A stretch of DNA of 64,000 nt. It comes from Candidatus Borrarchaeum weybense (lineage in GTDB: Archaea; Asgardarchaeota; Sifarchaeia; Borrarchaeales; Borrarchaeaceae). Within the stretch, counting starts at the first letter, position 1, and each line of letters begins with the position of its first letter. A program made the position numbers and the translations under genes. Below the pieces are notes generated by a model. That model did no database searches and had not been told where the DNA came from. It saw nothing but the letters and a program-made list of their open reading frames with translations. The stretch is from contig JAHQJS010000007.1 of NCBI GenBank assembly GCA_019057385.1, positions 715,685 to 779,684 of the forward strand. The letters are read 5' to 3'. Shown here piece after piece: positions 9,704 to 18,449 of this stretch.

Positions 9704-10198
9704 GTGGTTTATTTAGAATCAAAAATAAGAGGGCCAAGCAATTTGAAATTAAACGAATTAGTTAAGAGATTAAAGGACGTTGCTCAAAAGCTGCAATCTT
9801 ATGATGAAACGGTTTATATGATAAATGAGAATTTACAAGTTGGACACGGAGAAGGAATCTACAAGTTTTCATTTGAAACCTATAAAAAAGAAGGTTCAAA
9901 AGCATCGATACCGATGGGGAGGGATTTCTTTCGTGACGAAATAAAAGGAATGGCCAGCCCAGAATTACTTAAAAAAACTCCAAGATTCACCTTGGAACCA
10001 ATTTATGACGAGATGCACGCAAATAAACTCGCAATTATAATAAAAAGCTGGTCTGAGACTATTCCTCAAGGCTTTATTGAAACATTAGGAAGCACATTAG
10101 ATCTCCCAAGAGACGTATCCTTGATCTCAGCGATAAGACTACTAGATGGAGAGATAAGACTAACAATAAATTCTGTTAAGATTCGAGATAAAGTCTAG
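9704..10198 (+). CDS. Hypothetical protein
   Basis: 164-aa ORF; TTG at 9743 after GAGGG may be the true start. Confidence 0.6.
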   Translation: MVYLESKIRGPSNLKLNELVKRLKDVAQKLQSYDETVYMINENLQVGHGEGIYKFSFETYKKEGSKASIPMGRDFFRDEIKGMASPELLKKTPRFTLEPIYDEMHANKLAIIIKSWSETIPQGFIETLGSTLDLPRDVSLISAIRLLDGEIRLTINSVKIRDKV

Positions 10199-10267
10199 CA
10201 CTCAAAACTGTGAATCGATGAAAATTACCGTTTTTTAAATATCTCGTTTTAAAAAAAATGGCTAAAT

Positions 10268-10297
10268 TTGCGGAGAGTTTTCTCATAACGTTAATAA
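10268..10297 (+). promoter_or_regulatory. TTGCGGAGA motif + TATA box of GTPase 1
   Basis: TTGCGGAGA at 10268-10276; TTAATAA begins 20 nt after the motif C. Confidence 0.65.
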
Positions 10298-10430
10298 TAG
10301 ACAACTAAGCAAATATATAATATTAGAATCCTCGCGCGCCAGTTAAAAAAATAAGCAATATTTTGATCTTAGTGGCTCAATCTTTTGCTATATAGGTTTT
10401 TTAAATCCTATGCTTCGTTGATAAGCTAAG

Positions 10431-11093
10431 ATGAAACATATTAGTCAAGGGACGCTTTTCGACAAGAAAGAAACAGAAAAACTAAAGAGAGATGTGAGAA
10501 AAATGATGACATCATCAATAATAAATAGCCTTGTGGGCAGAGACGTTCGTAAAGTCAGACAATTTATTTTTAAGATCATTGCAGTTGGGGATGGGACAGC
10601 TGGTAAGACGAGTATTATTAGACGATACGTTCATGAAGAATTCGATTCGAAATACATTAAAACTATCGGCGTGTCTCATGCTTTAAAGAGACTTTGTCTA
10701 AACGATGCTGAAATAACTATAACGATTTGGGATACAGGTGGACAAGAATTATTCGACTGTATAAGACCCCAATACTATAGAGGTGCTCATGGAGTGCTTA
10801 TCGTCTACGACGTGACTAGCCAAGAAAGCTTTGACCATCTTGATAAATGGATAGCTGAATTAGATTTTAACTGCGGAAATGTCCCAAAAATCATTGTTGG
10901 TAATAAAATTGACTTAACAGGTGAAAGGGTCATTCCTCCTGAAGCAGGAGAGAAATATGCGCGTCAAAACTTTGTAAGTCATTCTGAAACCTCTGCAAAA
11001 ACTGGTGAAAATATTGCAGAGGTTATGGAAGAACTCGCTAAATTGATTATCTCAAGAAGCAATAAGTTTAGAGCAGCCCGTGCAAAGAAATAG
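10431..11093 (+). CDS. Rab-like small GTPase (Ras superfamily)
   Basis: G1 GDGTAGKTS, G2 TIG, G3 WDTGGQE, YYRGA, G4 NKID, G5 ETSAK; start may be ATG 10503. Confidence 0.95.
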   Translation: MKHISQGTLFDKKETEKLKRDVRKMMTSSIINSLVGRDVRKVRQFIFKIIAVGDGTAGKTSIIRRYVHEEFDSKYIKTIGVSHALKRLCLNDAEITITIWDTGGQELFDCIRPQYYRGAHGVLIVYDVTSQESFDHLDKWIAELDFNCGNVPKIIVGNKIDLTGERVIPPEAGEKYARQNFVSHSETSAKTGENIAEVMEELAKLIISRSNKFRAARAKK

Positions 11094-11257
11094 ATTTGAT
11101 TAAATCTTCCTATTGTATATTTCCGAAATACAACCGATATCGACGAAATTATGTTTCTGAATCAAATTCATAATTTTAATTTCCGTATTATTTTACAAAA
11201 AGACCAAAATAACATTTCGATCTCTTTACATTTCCCACAGATCGATTTTGTTTTTTA

Positions 11258-11287
11258 TTGCGGAGAAAACTACTAAAATATTTATAA
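11258..11287 (+). promoter_or_regulatory. TTGCGGAGA motif + TATA box of GTPase 2
   Basis: TTGCGGAGA at 11258-11266; TTTATAA at 11281. Confidence 0.65.
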
Positions 11288-11352
11288 TAAGAAGGACGAA
11301 ATACCATTACTTTCATTGATAATTAACACATTTTTTAATTGAGTGATATTTG

Positions 11353-11889
11353 ATGGCTCATTATATCTTTAAGGTAATTGTCGTAGGTGACGGTTCAGTT
11401 GGCAAAACAAGCATTATAAGGAGATACGTTCACGAAAAATTCGATCCATACTATAAAAAAACTATTGGCGTCGCACACGCTGTAAAGAGAATTAATATTA
11501 AGGATACACAGGTAACACTAACTTTATGGGATACTGGTGGGCAAGAACTATTCGATTGTGTGAGACCACAGTATTATAGAGGGGCAAATGGCGTGTTGGT
11601 TGTCTATGATGTCACAAATAAAGAGAGTTTTGATCATCTTGATAAATGGCTTAATGACATATCTGATCAATGTGAAGAGATTCCAATAATACTTGTTGCC
11701 AATAAAATCGACCTGACAAATAAAAATATCATTCCTCGAGAAGAGGGAGAACGTTATGCGCTTAAGAAGAGCTTAACATTTTATGAAACTTCCGCAAAAA
11801 CGGGTAAAATGGTTGTTGATGTTTTAAAAGAACTCGCTAGACTAATGCTCAAAGTGGCCAAAAAGTTAGAGGCTAAGAAGAATCAATAG
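11353..11889 (+). CDS. Rab-like small GTPase
   Basis: GDGSVGKTS, WDTGGQE, YYRGA, NKID, ETSAK. Confidence 0.95.
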   Translation: MAHYIFKVIVVGDGSVGKTSIIRRYVHEKFDPYYKKTIGVAHAVKRINIKDTQVTLTLWDTGGQELFDCVRPQYYRGANGVLVVYDVTNKESFDHLDKWLNDISDQCEEIPIILVANKIDLTNKNIIPREEGERYALKKSLTFYETSAKTGKMVVDVLKELARLMLKVAKKLEAKKNQ

Positions 11890-11996
11890 CATCTAAAGAA
11901 TTTCTATAAGCATTAATTCCAGAAGTTAGACATTTTTTATTACGTTTTAGATCTATCAATCATCAGTAGGCTGTAATAACTAATCTATTCATTATA

Positions 11997-12026
11997 TTGC
12001 GGAGAATTTTACTAGAATACTTAAAT
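11997..12026 (+). promoter_or_regulatory. TTGCGGAGA motif + TATA box of GTPase 3
   Basis: TTGCGGAGA at 11997-12005; CTTAAAT at 12020. Confidence 0.65.
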
Positions 12027-12129
12027 CAACAAAAATATATAGTAATTTTACAGTAAGGAAATCTTATGCGTGTTTTTTAAAACTTTAAGAATGTTCTAAA
12101 CTATGTCCTCTTGATTGAAAGGGATCTTA

Positions 12130-12687
12130 ATGTCTCAATTTATATTTAAAATCATTGCAATCGGCGATGGAACAGTAGGTAAGACGAGTATTATTAGACG
12201 ATTCGTTCACGAAGAATTCAATCCAAAATATGTTAAGACTATCGGCGTATCTCATGCTTTAAAGAGACTTTTTATCGGAGATAACGATGTAACCCTTACT
12301 ATATGGGACACTGGAGGGCAAGAATTATTTGATTGTGTGAGACCACAGTATTACAGGGGAGCCAGCGGAGGATTTGTTATCTTTGACGTCACCAACAAAG
12401 ATAGTTTTGACCATCTTGACAAATGGTTTAATGACCTTAATAACCAATGCAGTGGGATAACTATCATCGTTATTGGTAATAAAATTGATTTAGAAGCGGA
12501 CCGAGTTATCTCTACAGAAGAGGGAGAACAATACGCATTGCAAAAAGGCGTAAAGTTTTTTGAAACTTCAGCAAAGACCGGCGAAAATGTGATTGATGTC
12601 ATGGAAGAACTCGCTAAATTGATTCTTTCGGAGAGGAAAGTCAAGACATCAGAGAAAACGAAAAAAACAGTTGATAAGGCCACGTAA
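12130..12687 (+). CDS. Rab-like small GTPase
   Basis: GDGTVGKTS, WDTGGQE, YYRGA, NKID, ETSAK; ATG 12130 follows SD AAGGGA. Confidence 0.95.
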   Translation: MSQFIFKIIAIGDGTVGKTSIIRRFVHEEFNPKYVKTIGVSHALKRLFIGDNDVTLTIWDTGGQELFDCVRPQYYRGASGGFVIFDVTNKDSFDHLDKWFNDLNNQCSGITIIVIGNKIDLEADRVISTEEGEQYALQKGVKFFETSAKTGENVIDVMEELAKLILSERKVKTSEKTKKTVDKAT

Positions 12688-12770
12688 AAGGAAAATTTTT
12701 TTATTTTCCGCCTGTTCAAAATCGAAATTAGATTCAACTTAAATTCTTTCGGCGGAGAGTTAATTGAGTT

Positions 12771-13553
12771 TTAAGCCCGAAAAACAACATTATGATGCTC
12801 TAATTCTTCAAGAATTTCTAAAACTTGTTTAGGGGTAATATCTGAAACTATATTTTCCTTTATAGTATCTGCAAAATCATTTACTGTGTAACCTTGATCT
12901 AAATTGAGTAGGATTGCTTGAACTTCCGTCGTTAAGCTGATATTTAAATTCATGTTTTTGATCTTATCAAGGATATTTTCTGTGTTAAATCCATCCAATG
13001 TATTTATTTTGAAAACAATGTTGTATCTTTTTTCTTCTTCCTTTTTTTTCAAAAATTCTGAGAAGCGACTACATAGCACCATTTTATAACAATTACAAAA
13101 AGACTCCCGATAATCGTCAGTAATCTTCTTATAATCGGTTATACACTTAAAACTAAATAATGTTTTTTTTAAATACAGACATGGTAGACGTAAGAGAAGT
13201 TCAGTAAACTGTGGTGTGAGTTCTTTGTACATAGTTACATCTAGTTTTTCCTGGTTAATAATCTCTTTGTATTGAATTAACATTTGTTTAATTGTTTCTA
13301 GAAATTGCTGGATAAATTCTTTTGGTTCATCTCCATCAACAAGTGTAGCAATGAAAGTGGATTCGTTTAGGGGTGTATAGATTAATTTTAAATTGTGGAA
13401 ATTGATAGAATCCATCGAGTCTAAAAGTTTTTGGCTTAATGATTGTATCGCATCGAGAAAACTTGAAAATAAAATCGGGTCAACTTCAACTGTGCTGATT
13501 TTGAAATTGAAAATGCAAACACCATTCTTAATCAAATAAACAGCGCGTATCAT
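12771..13553 (-). CDS. Longin-domain protein with Cys-rich linker and C-terminal winged helix
   Basis: MIRAVYLI-KNGVCIF..DPILFSSFLDAIQSLSQ is the typical Asgard longin start; C-terminal TVNDFA..VLEILEELEHHNVV is wHTH-like. Confidence 0.75.
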   Translation of the reverse strand: MIRAVYLIKNGVCIFNFKISTVEVDPILFSSFLDAIQSLSQKLLDSMDSINFHNLKLIYTPLNESTFIATLVDGDEPKEFIQQFLETIKQMLIQYKEIINQEKLDVTMYKELTPQFTELLLRLPCLYLKKTLFSFKCITDYKKITDDYRESFCNCYKMVLCSRFSEFLKKKEEEKRYNIVFKINTLDGFNTENILDKIKNMNLNISLTTEVQAILLNLDQGYTVNDFADTIKENIVSDITPKQVLEILEELEHHNVVFRA

Positions 13554-13782
13554 GTGGATTCAACTTCACTCAATAGAAATTTTTAGTATTTGTATTAAAC
13601 AATCATTTACAGAATTATTAATTATCGAACAGGTTTTAGAATCATTCATGTCAGTCAAAGTAATGCCCCCTAGTCTCCCAGAGAAATAATTCTTACATGA
13701 AATAAAAAATTTTCGAACAAGTTTGTAAAACTTCAAAAATAGTCGCAAAATAAATCAAATTATTAAACAAGTATGTCAAATT

Positions 13783-14637
13783 CTAAATACGCAGTAAGAA
13801 TTTCCGGCTACGTGCATATCTAAGATAAATAACTGCAACAATGACAAGGGAATAACTTAAAAGCCATAGGAGATCAACAGGATGATAAGTAACATAGGTT
13901 TCTTCCCATAGGATAATACTGAACCACGAATCTGCAAAAACGTCTATTAGAAAAGACAGAGCAAGAATAAACCACGCCCAAGATATCTTTGCCACTCTAA
14001 ATCTCAAGAGAACAAGCATTGCAAATAAGAAGAGTATTATATCCGTTACTGGGTAAATAATACTAGTAACTTTTTCTGAAAAGGCGAAGTCTTCACCGAC
14101 AGGATATGTAGCAATAGGCCATATTACAAGAAGTATAATGGCAAGAATACATACTACAGAAATAATACAATAGGAAACGAGAAGTTTTTTTGTTAACTTA
14201 GGCTTAATTAGCTGATTTGTTTTGAAAAGCGCTACGTATAAAGGAAAGAAGCCAGCAAGCCATAGAATATCGGCGAAACTAGGATAAGGAGTATCAATAC
14301 CTAAGAGTACTTCAAAATAAAACCATCCAAACTCGCCAAGAGCCCAAAATAGATTGCCTAACGCAATCAGAAGCCAAATCTTGCTATTCAAAGTCTTATA
14401 GCCGTAGATCTTAAAGCTCGCAAACAATGATCCTATCGTCGCACCTATGCCAAATAATACGGGCACTATATCTGTAAAAAATATTCCGCCCTCGAACTCG
14501 GGAATAAATTGAGTTAAATATACAATAGTTACAAATAATAAGCTACCAATAACAACTGCAATTAGTCCAATGAGTTCTACTGTTATTTTGGATATAGTAA
14601 AAATGCTTTTTTCTTCCTTAAATGGTGTCATTGACAA
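13783..14637 (-). CDS. Polytopic membrane protein resembling membrane sensor domains
   Basis: About 8 hydrophobic helices; PYPSFADILWLAG, YPVTD and DLLW motifs. Confidence 0.75.
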   Translation of the reverse strand: MSMTPFKEEKSIFTISKITVELIGLIAVVIGSLLFVTIVYLTQFIPEFEGGIFFTDIVPVLFGIGATIGSLFASFKIYGYKTLNSKIWLLIALGNLFWALGEFGWFYFEVLLGIDTPYPSFADILWLAGFFPLYVALFKTNQLIKPKLTKKLLVSYCIISVVCILAIILLVIWPIATYPVGEDFAFSEKVTSIIYPVTDIILFLFAMLVLLRFRVAKISWAWFILALSFLIDVFADSWFSIILWEETYVTYHPVDLLWLLSYSLVIVAVIYLRYARSRKFLLRI

Positions 14638-14922
14638 CCTCCTTATGTTAAGATTTTGAAAACTCGCATATAATTTTTCCGACCTATTTTTTAGAAATCA
14701 ATGTTATTTGAATTCTGTAGAGAATTGTTAAATCATTGGTTTATTCTCTCTTTCTGCGCTGCAGATGCTGTAAAATATTAGAATCTTTTACTCTGTTAAT
14801 TACAATTAAAATCTCAAGATTCTCCATAAGAAAATTTAATTTCAGATTGCAAAGGAGGAGTGACAAAATTTAAAATAGAAGAAGTGTTTTTGAAGTCATA
14901 TCTGTAAAAGCGAGGAAACTCT

Positions 14923-15384
14923 ATGATGCACCAAAAGATTTTAATTAAGCAGAAAAAAAATATTGCACTAATTGCTCACGATGAACGAAAACAGGATCTC
15001 CTAGACTGGGTGAAATTCAACAAAGGTACCCTAAGTCAGCATAATTTATTTGGAACTGGAACCACTGGATCGCTTATCGCACAGAACGTAGGACTAAATG
15101 TGACAAGATTCAGAAGTGGTCCTTTGGGTGGCGATCAACAGGTCGGTGCGAAAATTGCTGAAGGAGAAATTGATTTTCTCATCTTCTTTTGGGATCCTCT
15201 CGAATCCCATCCTCACGACCCTGATGTCAAAGCTCTTCTACGGATAGCTGTAGTTTGGAATATTCCGATCGCCTGTAATAGGGCAACAGCGGATTTCCTG
15301 ATCTCTTCACATCTTTTGTCTGAAGAATACGAACGTCTTGTAATTGATTATGAGAAGAGATATAAGAGGGATCAGTTTACCTAA
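14923..15384 (+). CDS. mgsA: Methylglyoxal synthase
   Basis: [47 protein letters not shown]. Confidence 0.97.
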   Translation: MMHQKILIKQKKNIALIAHDERKQDLLDWVKFNKGTLSQHNLFGTGTTGSLIAQNVGLNVTRFRSGPLGGDQQVGAKIAEGEIDFLIFFWDPLESHPHDPDVKALLRIAVVWNIPIACNRATADFLISSHLLSEEYERLVIDYEKRYKRDQFT

Positions 15385-15919
15385 TCTGAGTTCTGGAATT
15401 TGTCTTCAAGTCTTCAGTTAAATGCTTTTCTTTTTTTCTTCGCCTTTGCAACCGTATTATACCCATTAAAAGGTTTATTCGTGGCACAGATTCCATATAG
15501 CATTCATAATCGTCCCCAAACTTCTCGATGCAATCCTTATCCGCGTTATGTGTATCTATATAGAATAAAATGGCTGATATAATACCAATAATTACGATTA
15601 TCCAGTTTTGAGCAATGAAAATCAATGCAAGGTTGAAGAAAATCCCAGCTAGATATTGTGGATGTCGAACAATTCCATAGAGTCCGCTGTCAACAAGTTT
15701 TGTAGTATTTATGTGACTTTTTCCTTCAGGAATTCCACCTTCTTTTTGAAGAAAATAGATAGGCAGGCAACCAAAGACTATGCTGAGAGCCCAGAGTATT
15801 CCTCCGACAACTTGAAGTGTCACCAAACCAGTAGAGTTGAAAAAAAAGAAACTCAATATGATTTGTGCTACCGTCAAAATCCCTGCAACTAATCCTAAAA
15901 TATAGACTTTCCATTCAAT
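15377..15919 (-). CDS. Isoprenylcysteine carboxyl methyltransferase / PEMT-family membrane protein (probable ATT start)
   Basis: [15 protein letters not shown] and [14 protein letters not shown]; in-frame ATT at 15919 follows SD GAGGAGGGG. Confidence 0.85.
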   Translation of the reverse strand: MEWKVYILGLVAGILTVAQIILSFFFFNSTGLVTLQVVGGILWALSIVFGCLPIYFLQKEGGIPEGKSHINTTKLVDSGLYGIVRHPQYLAGIFFNLALIFIAQNWIIVIIGIISAILFYIDTHNADKDCIEKFGDDYECYMESVPRINLLMGIIRLQRRRKKEKHLTEDLKTNSRTQIR

Positions 15920-16360
15920 AAGTAAAGCCCCCTCCTCTCTAGTTTGCCAATACTTTCAATTTGTTGCCAACTCAAGTGAATATAATCTAAATATGTATAT
16001 GTACAAAGGTTATACTGTAATATTCCCAATAAAGTTTCAATTTGTAACTGACGATTATAATGAAGGATATTTTGCATTTTCCCTTCTTCTCTCTTGTTTT
16101 AAAATTCTTTGTTGATTTGCTGATCCTTAATGATTCCTGCGTTGTACTCAACCAATTTATTCTTTGTTAATTCGTTAAGGGCTCTTTTAATCGATTTTTT
16201 AGTAAGATGGGTATTGATTCATATTTATTGCCTAATTTGTAACTTTTATAAATATTCTAAACTTTTTTAAAGTAATATTATATTTACTACGTGTAGATTT
16301 CTTACTATGCGTAAATGTAATGAATGATCATTATATTTAGAATTATAAAAGGTGAAATAA

Positions 16361-18379
16361 TTGACAAAAGAACAAATCGAGAAACCATCTATTGATGGAG
16401 GAATAAGCGTTCCTTTCGAAGAACGAATGGAAAGTATACTTACAGAATCGCGTGTGTTCGATCCTGAAGTCCTGAACGAAGAATTCGCAAAAACAGGCAT
16501 CTCAATGAACGAATACAAAAAACTCTATAGAAAAAGCATTGAAGATCCCGATGCATTTTGGAGTGAGCAAGCTCAATTGCTCGATTGGTTTAAACCTTAC
16601 GATAGAGTTTGGACAAAAACTAATTTGTTCCCTGGTAAATGGTTTGATGGGGGAAAACTAAATGTTAGCTACAATTGTATTGATCGTCACGTGAAGAACG
16701 GTAAAGGAGAAAAAATAGCTATAATTTGGGAAGGCGATGAGCCAGGTCATGTAAGACTCATTACTTATGAAGAACTCTTGAAGGAAGTCTCTAAAGTCGC
16801 TAATGCCATGAAAAAGTTAGGGATTAAGAAAGGGGACCGTGTGACATTGTGGTTACCCATGATTCCTGAATTAGCGATTATAATGTTAGCATGCGCACGA
16901 CTTGGCGTAATCCACTCAATCGTCTTCGGAGGATTCTCCAAAGAGGCTGTGAAAGAAAGAATTGAGGATTCTGATAGTCGTCTCTTGTTTACTTCGGATG
17001 AGACATTGCGAGCTGGCAAAGCATATCCTAAAATGAGTGATGTCGTGCAAATCCTGCCCGAATGTCCAACAATTGAACAAGTAATTGTTGTGAAACGAAG
17101 TGGAAATGATGTACCTCACACAGACAAGGATATTTGGTATCACGATTTCATCAGTGATGTCAGTGATAACTGTGAATGTGAAGAAATGGATGCTGAAGAC
17201 ACCCTGTTTATCCTTTACACGAGCGGTACAACTGGTAAGCCAAAAGGTGTGAAGCATACTACCGCAGGATACCTCCTATATACTGGTCTTACACATAAAT
17301 ATGTCTTTAACTACCAGGAAGGAGATATTTGGTTCTGTAGTGCAGATATTGGCTGGATAACTGGACACAGTTACATTGTCTATGGTCCTCTAGCTAACGG
17401 TGCTACTACACTGATGTTTGAAGGTGTGCCAACGTATCCAGATAGAGACAGATACTGGGATATTTGCGAAAGACATAAAGTTACACATTTCTATACCGCG
17501 CCTACCGCGATTAGAGCGCTGATGGGATACGGCGAGAGCTTCGTAAATCGACATGATCTAAGTTCCCTTAAAGTATTAGGGACAGTTGGTGAACCAATTA
17601 ATCCAGAGGCCTGGACATGGTATCATAGAGTTGTTGGAAAAGAAAAATGCCCAATCGTTGACACTTATTGGCAGACGGAAACGGGTGGCTTTGTTATGAC
17701 GCCATTTGCTACAGCAACTCCCACAAAACCAGGATCTTGTTGTTTGCCTTTCTTCGGAATTAAACCAGTAATCTTTGACGAAGCTGGAAGTGAAGTAACA
17801 GAACCTAATGTCGGAGGATACCTTGCATTCGAAATGTCATGGCCGGGAATGCTTCGCGATGTGTGGGGTGATACTGAACGGTTCAAATCTACATATCTAG
17901 AGAGGTTTCCAGGATTTTATTACACAGGTGATGGAGCAAGAAAAGATGAAGATGGCTATTACTGGATATTAGGAAGATTAGATGATGTCATGAAAGTATC
18001 AGGACATAGAATCGGAACGATGGAAGTTGAATCAGCACTTGTTAGCCATCCAAAAATAGCTGAAGCAGCAGTCGCACCATTTCCTCACTCTATCAAAGGC
18101 CAAGCCATTTGGGCGTATGTCACCCTGATGGCAGGAACTGAAAAATCGGACGAACTTAAGAAGGACATTAGAATGCATGTTAGACGGGAAATTGGACCAG
18201 TCTTTCAACCAGATGTCATTCAATTCGCTGATGCTTTGCCCAAAACAAGAAGTGGAAAAATAATGCGTAGAATCCTGAAAGCGATTGCTTGTGGATCCGA
18301 AATCGGAAATGTCACAACATTAGCAGACCCATCGGTAGTACAGACCTTAATAGAGCAAAGACAACGTATAGAGAAATAA
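16361..18379 (+). CDS. acs: Acetyl-CoA synthetase (AMP-forming)
   Basis: YTSGTTGKPKG, VGEPINPEAW, DTYWQTETGG, PKTRSGKIMRR. Confidence 0.97.
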   Translation: MTKEQIEKPSIDGGISVPFEERMESILTESRVFDPEVLNEEFAKTGISMNEYKKLYRKSIEDPDAFWSEQAQLLDWFKPYDRVWTKTNLFPGKWFDGGKLNVSYNCIDRHVKNGKGEKIAIIWEGDEPGHVRLITYEELLKEVSKVANAMKKLGIKKGDRVTLWLPMIPELAIIMLACARLGVIHSIVFGGFSKEAVKERIEDSDSRLLFTSDETLRAGKAYPKMSDVVQILPECPTIEQVIVVKRSGNDVPHTDKDIWYHDFISDVSDNCECEEMDAEDTLFILYTSGTTGKPKGVKHTTAGYLLYTGLTHKYVFNYQEGDIWFCSADIGWITGHSYIVYGPLANGATTLMFEGVPTYPDRDRYWDICERHKVTHFYTAPTAIRALMGYGESFVNRHDLSSLKVLGTVGEPINPEAWTWYHRVVGKEKCPIVDTYWQTETGGFVMTPFATATPTKPGSCCLPFFGIKPVIFDEAGSEVTEPNVGGYLAFEMSWPGMLRDVWGDTERFKSTYLERFPGFYYTGDGARKDEDGYYWILGRLDDVMKVSGHRIGTMEVESALVSHPKIAEAAVAPFPHSIKGQAIWAYVTLMAGTEKSDELKKDIRMHVRREIGPVFQPDVIQFADALPKTRSGKIMRRILKAIACGSEIGNVTTLADPSVVQTLIEQRQRIEK

Positions 18380-18449
18380 ATTTTTGATTTACAATTTCCT
18401 TTTTTCTTTTTTAATTAATTTAAACTGCTTAAGTTTTAAGTTAGTTTCA

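Noticed and set aside
10431-15919. Prenylation/methylation pathway linking the ICMT-like gene to the Rab-like GTPases
   Set aside because: The GTPases have no C-terminal Cys, and ICMT/PEMT-like proteins are widespread in prokaryotes.
16099-16219. Minus-strand peptide KKSIKRALNELTKNKLVEY resembling a wHTH end
   Set aside because: About 40 codons, preceded by a stop and with no start; too short to support.
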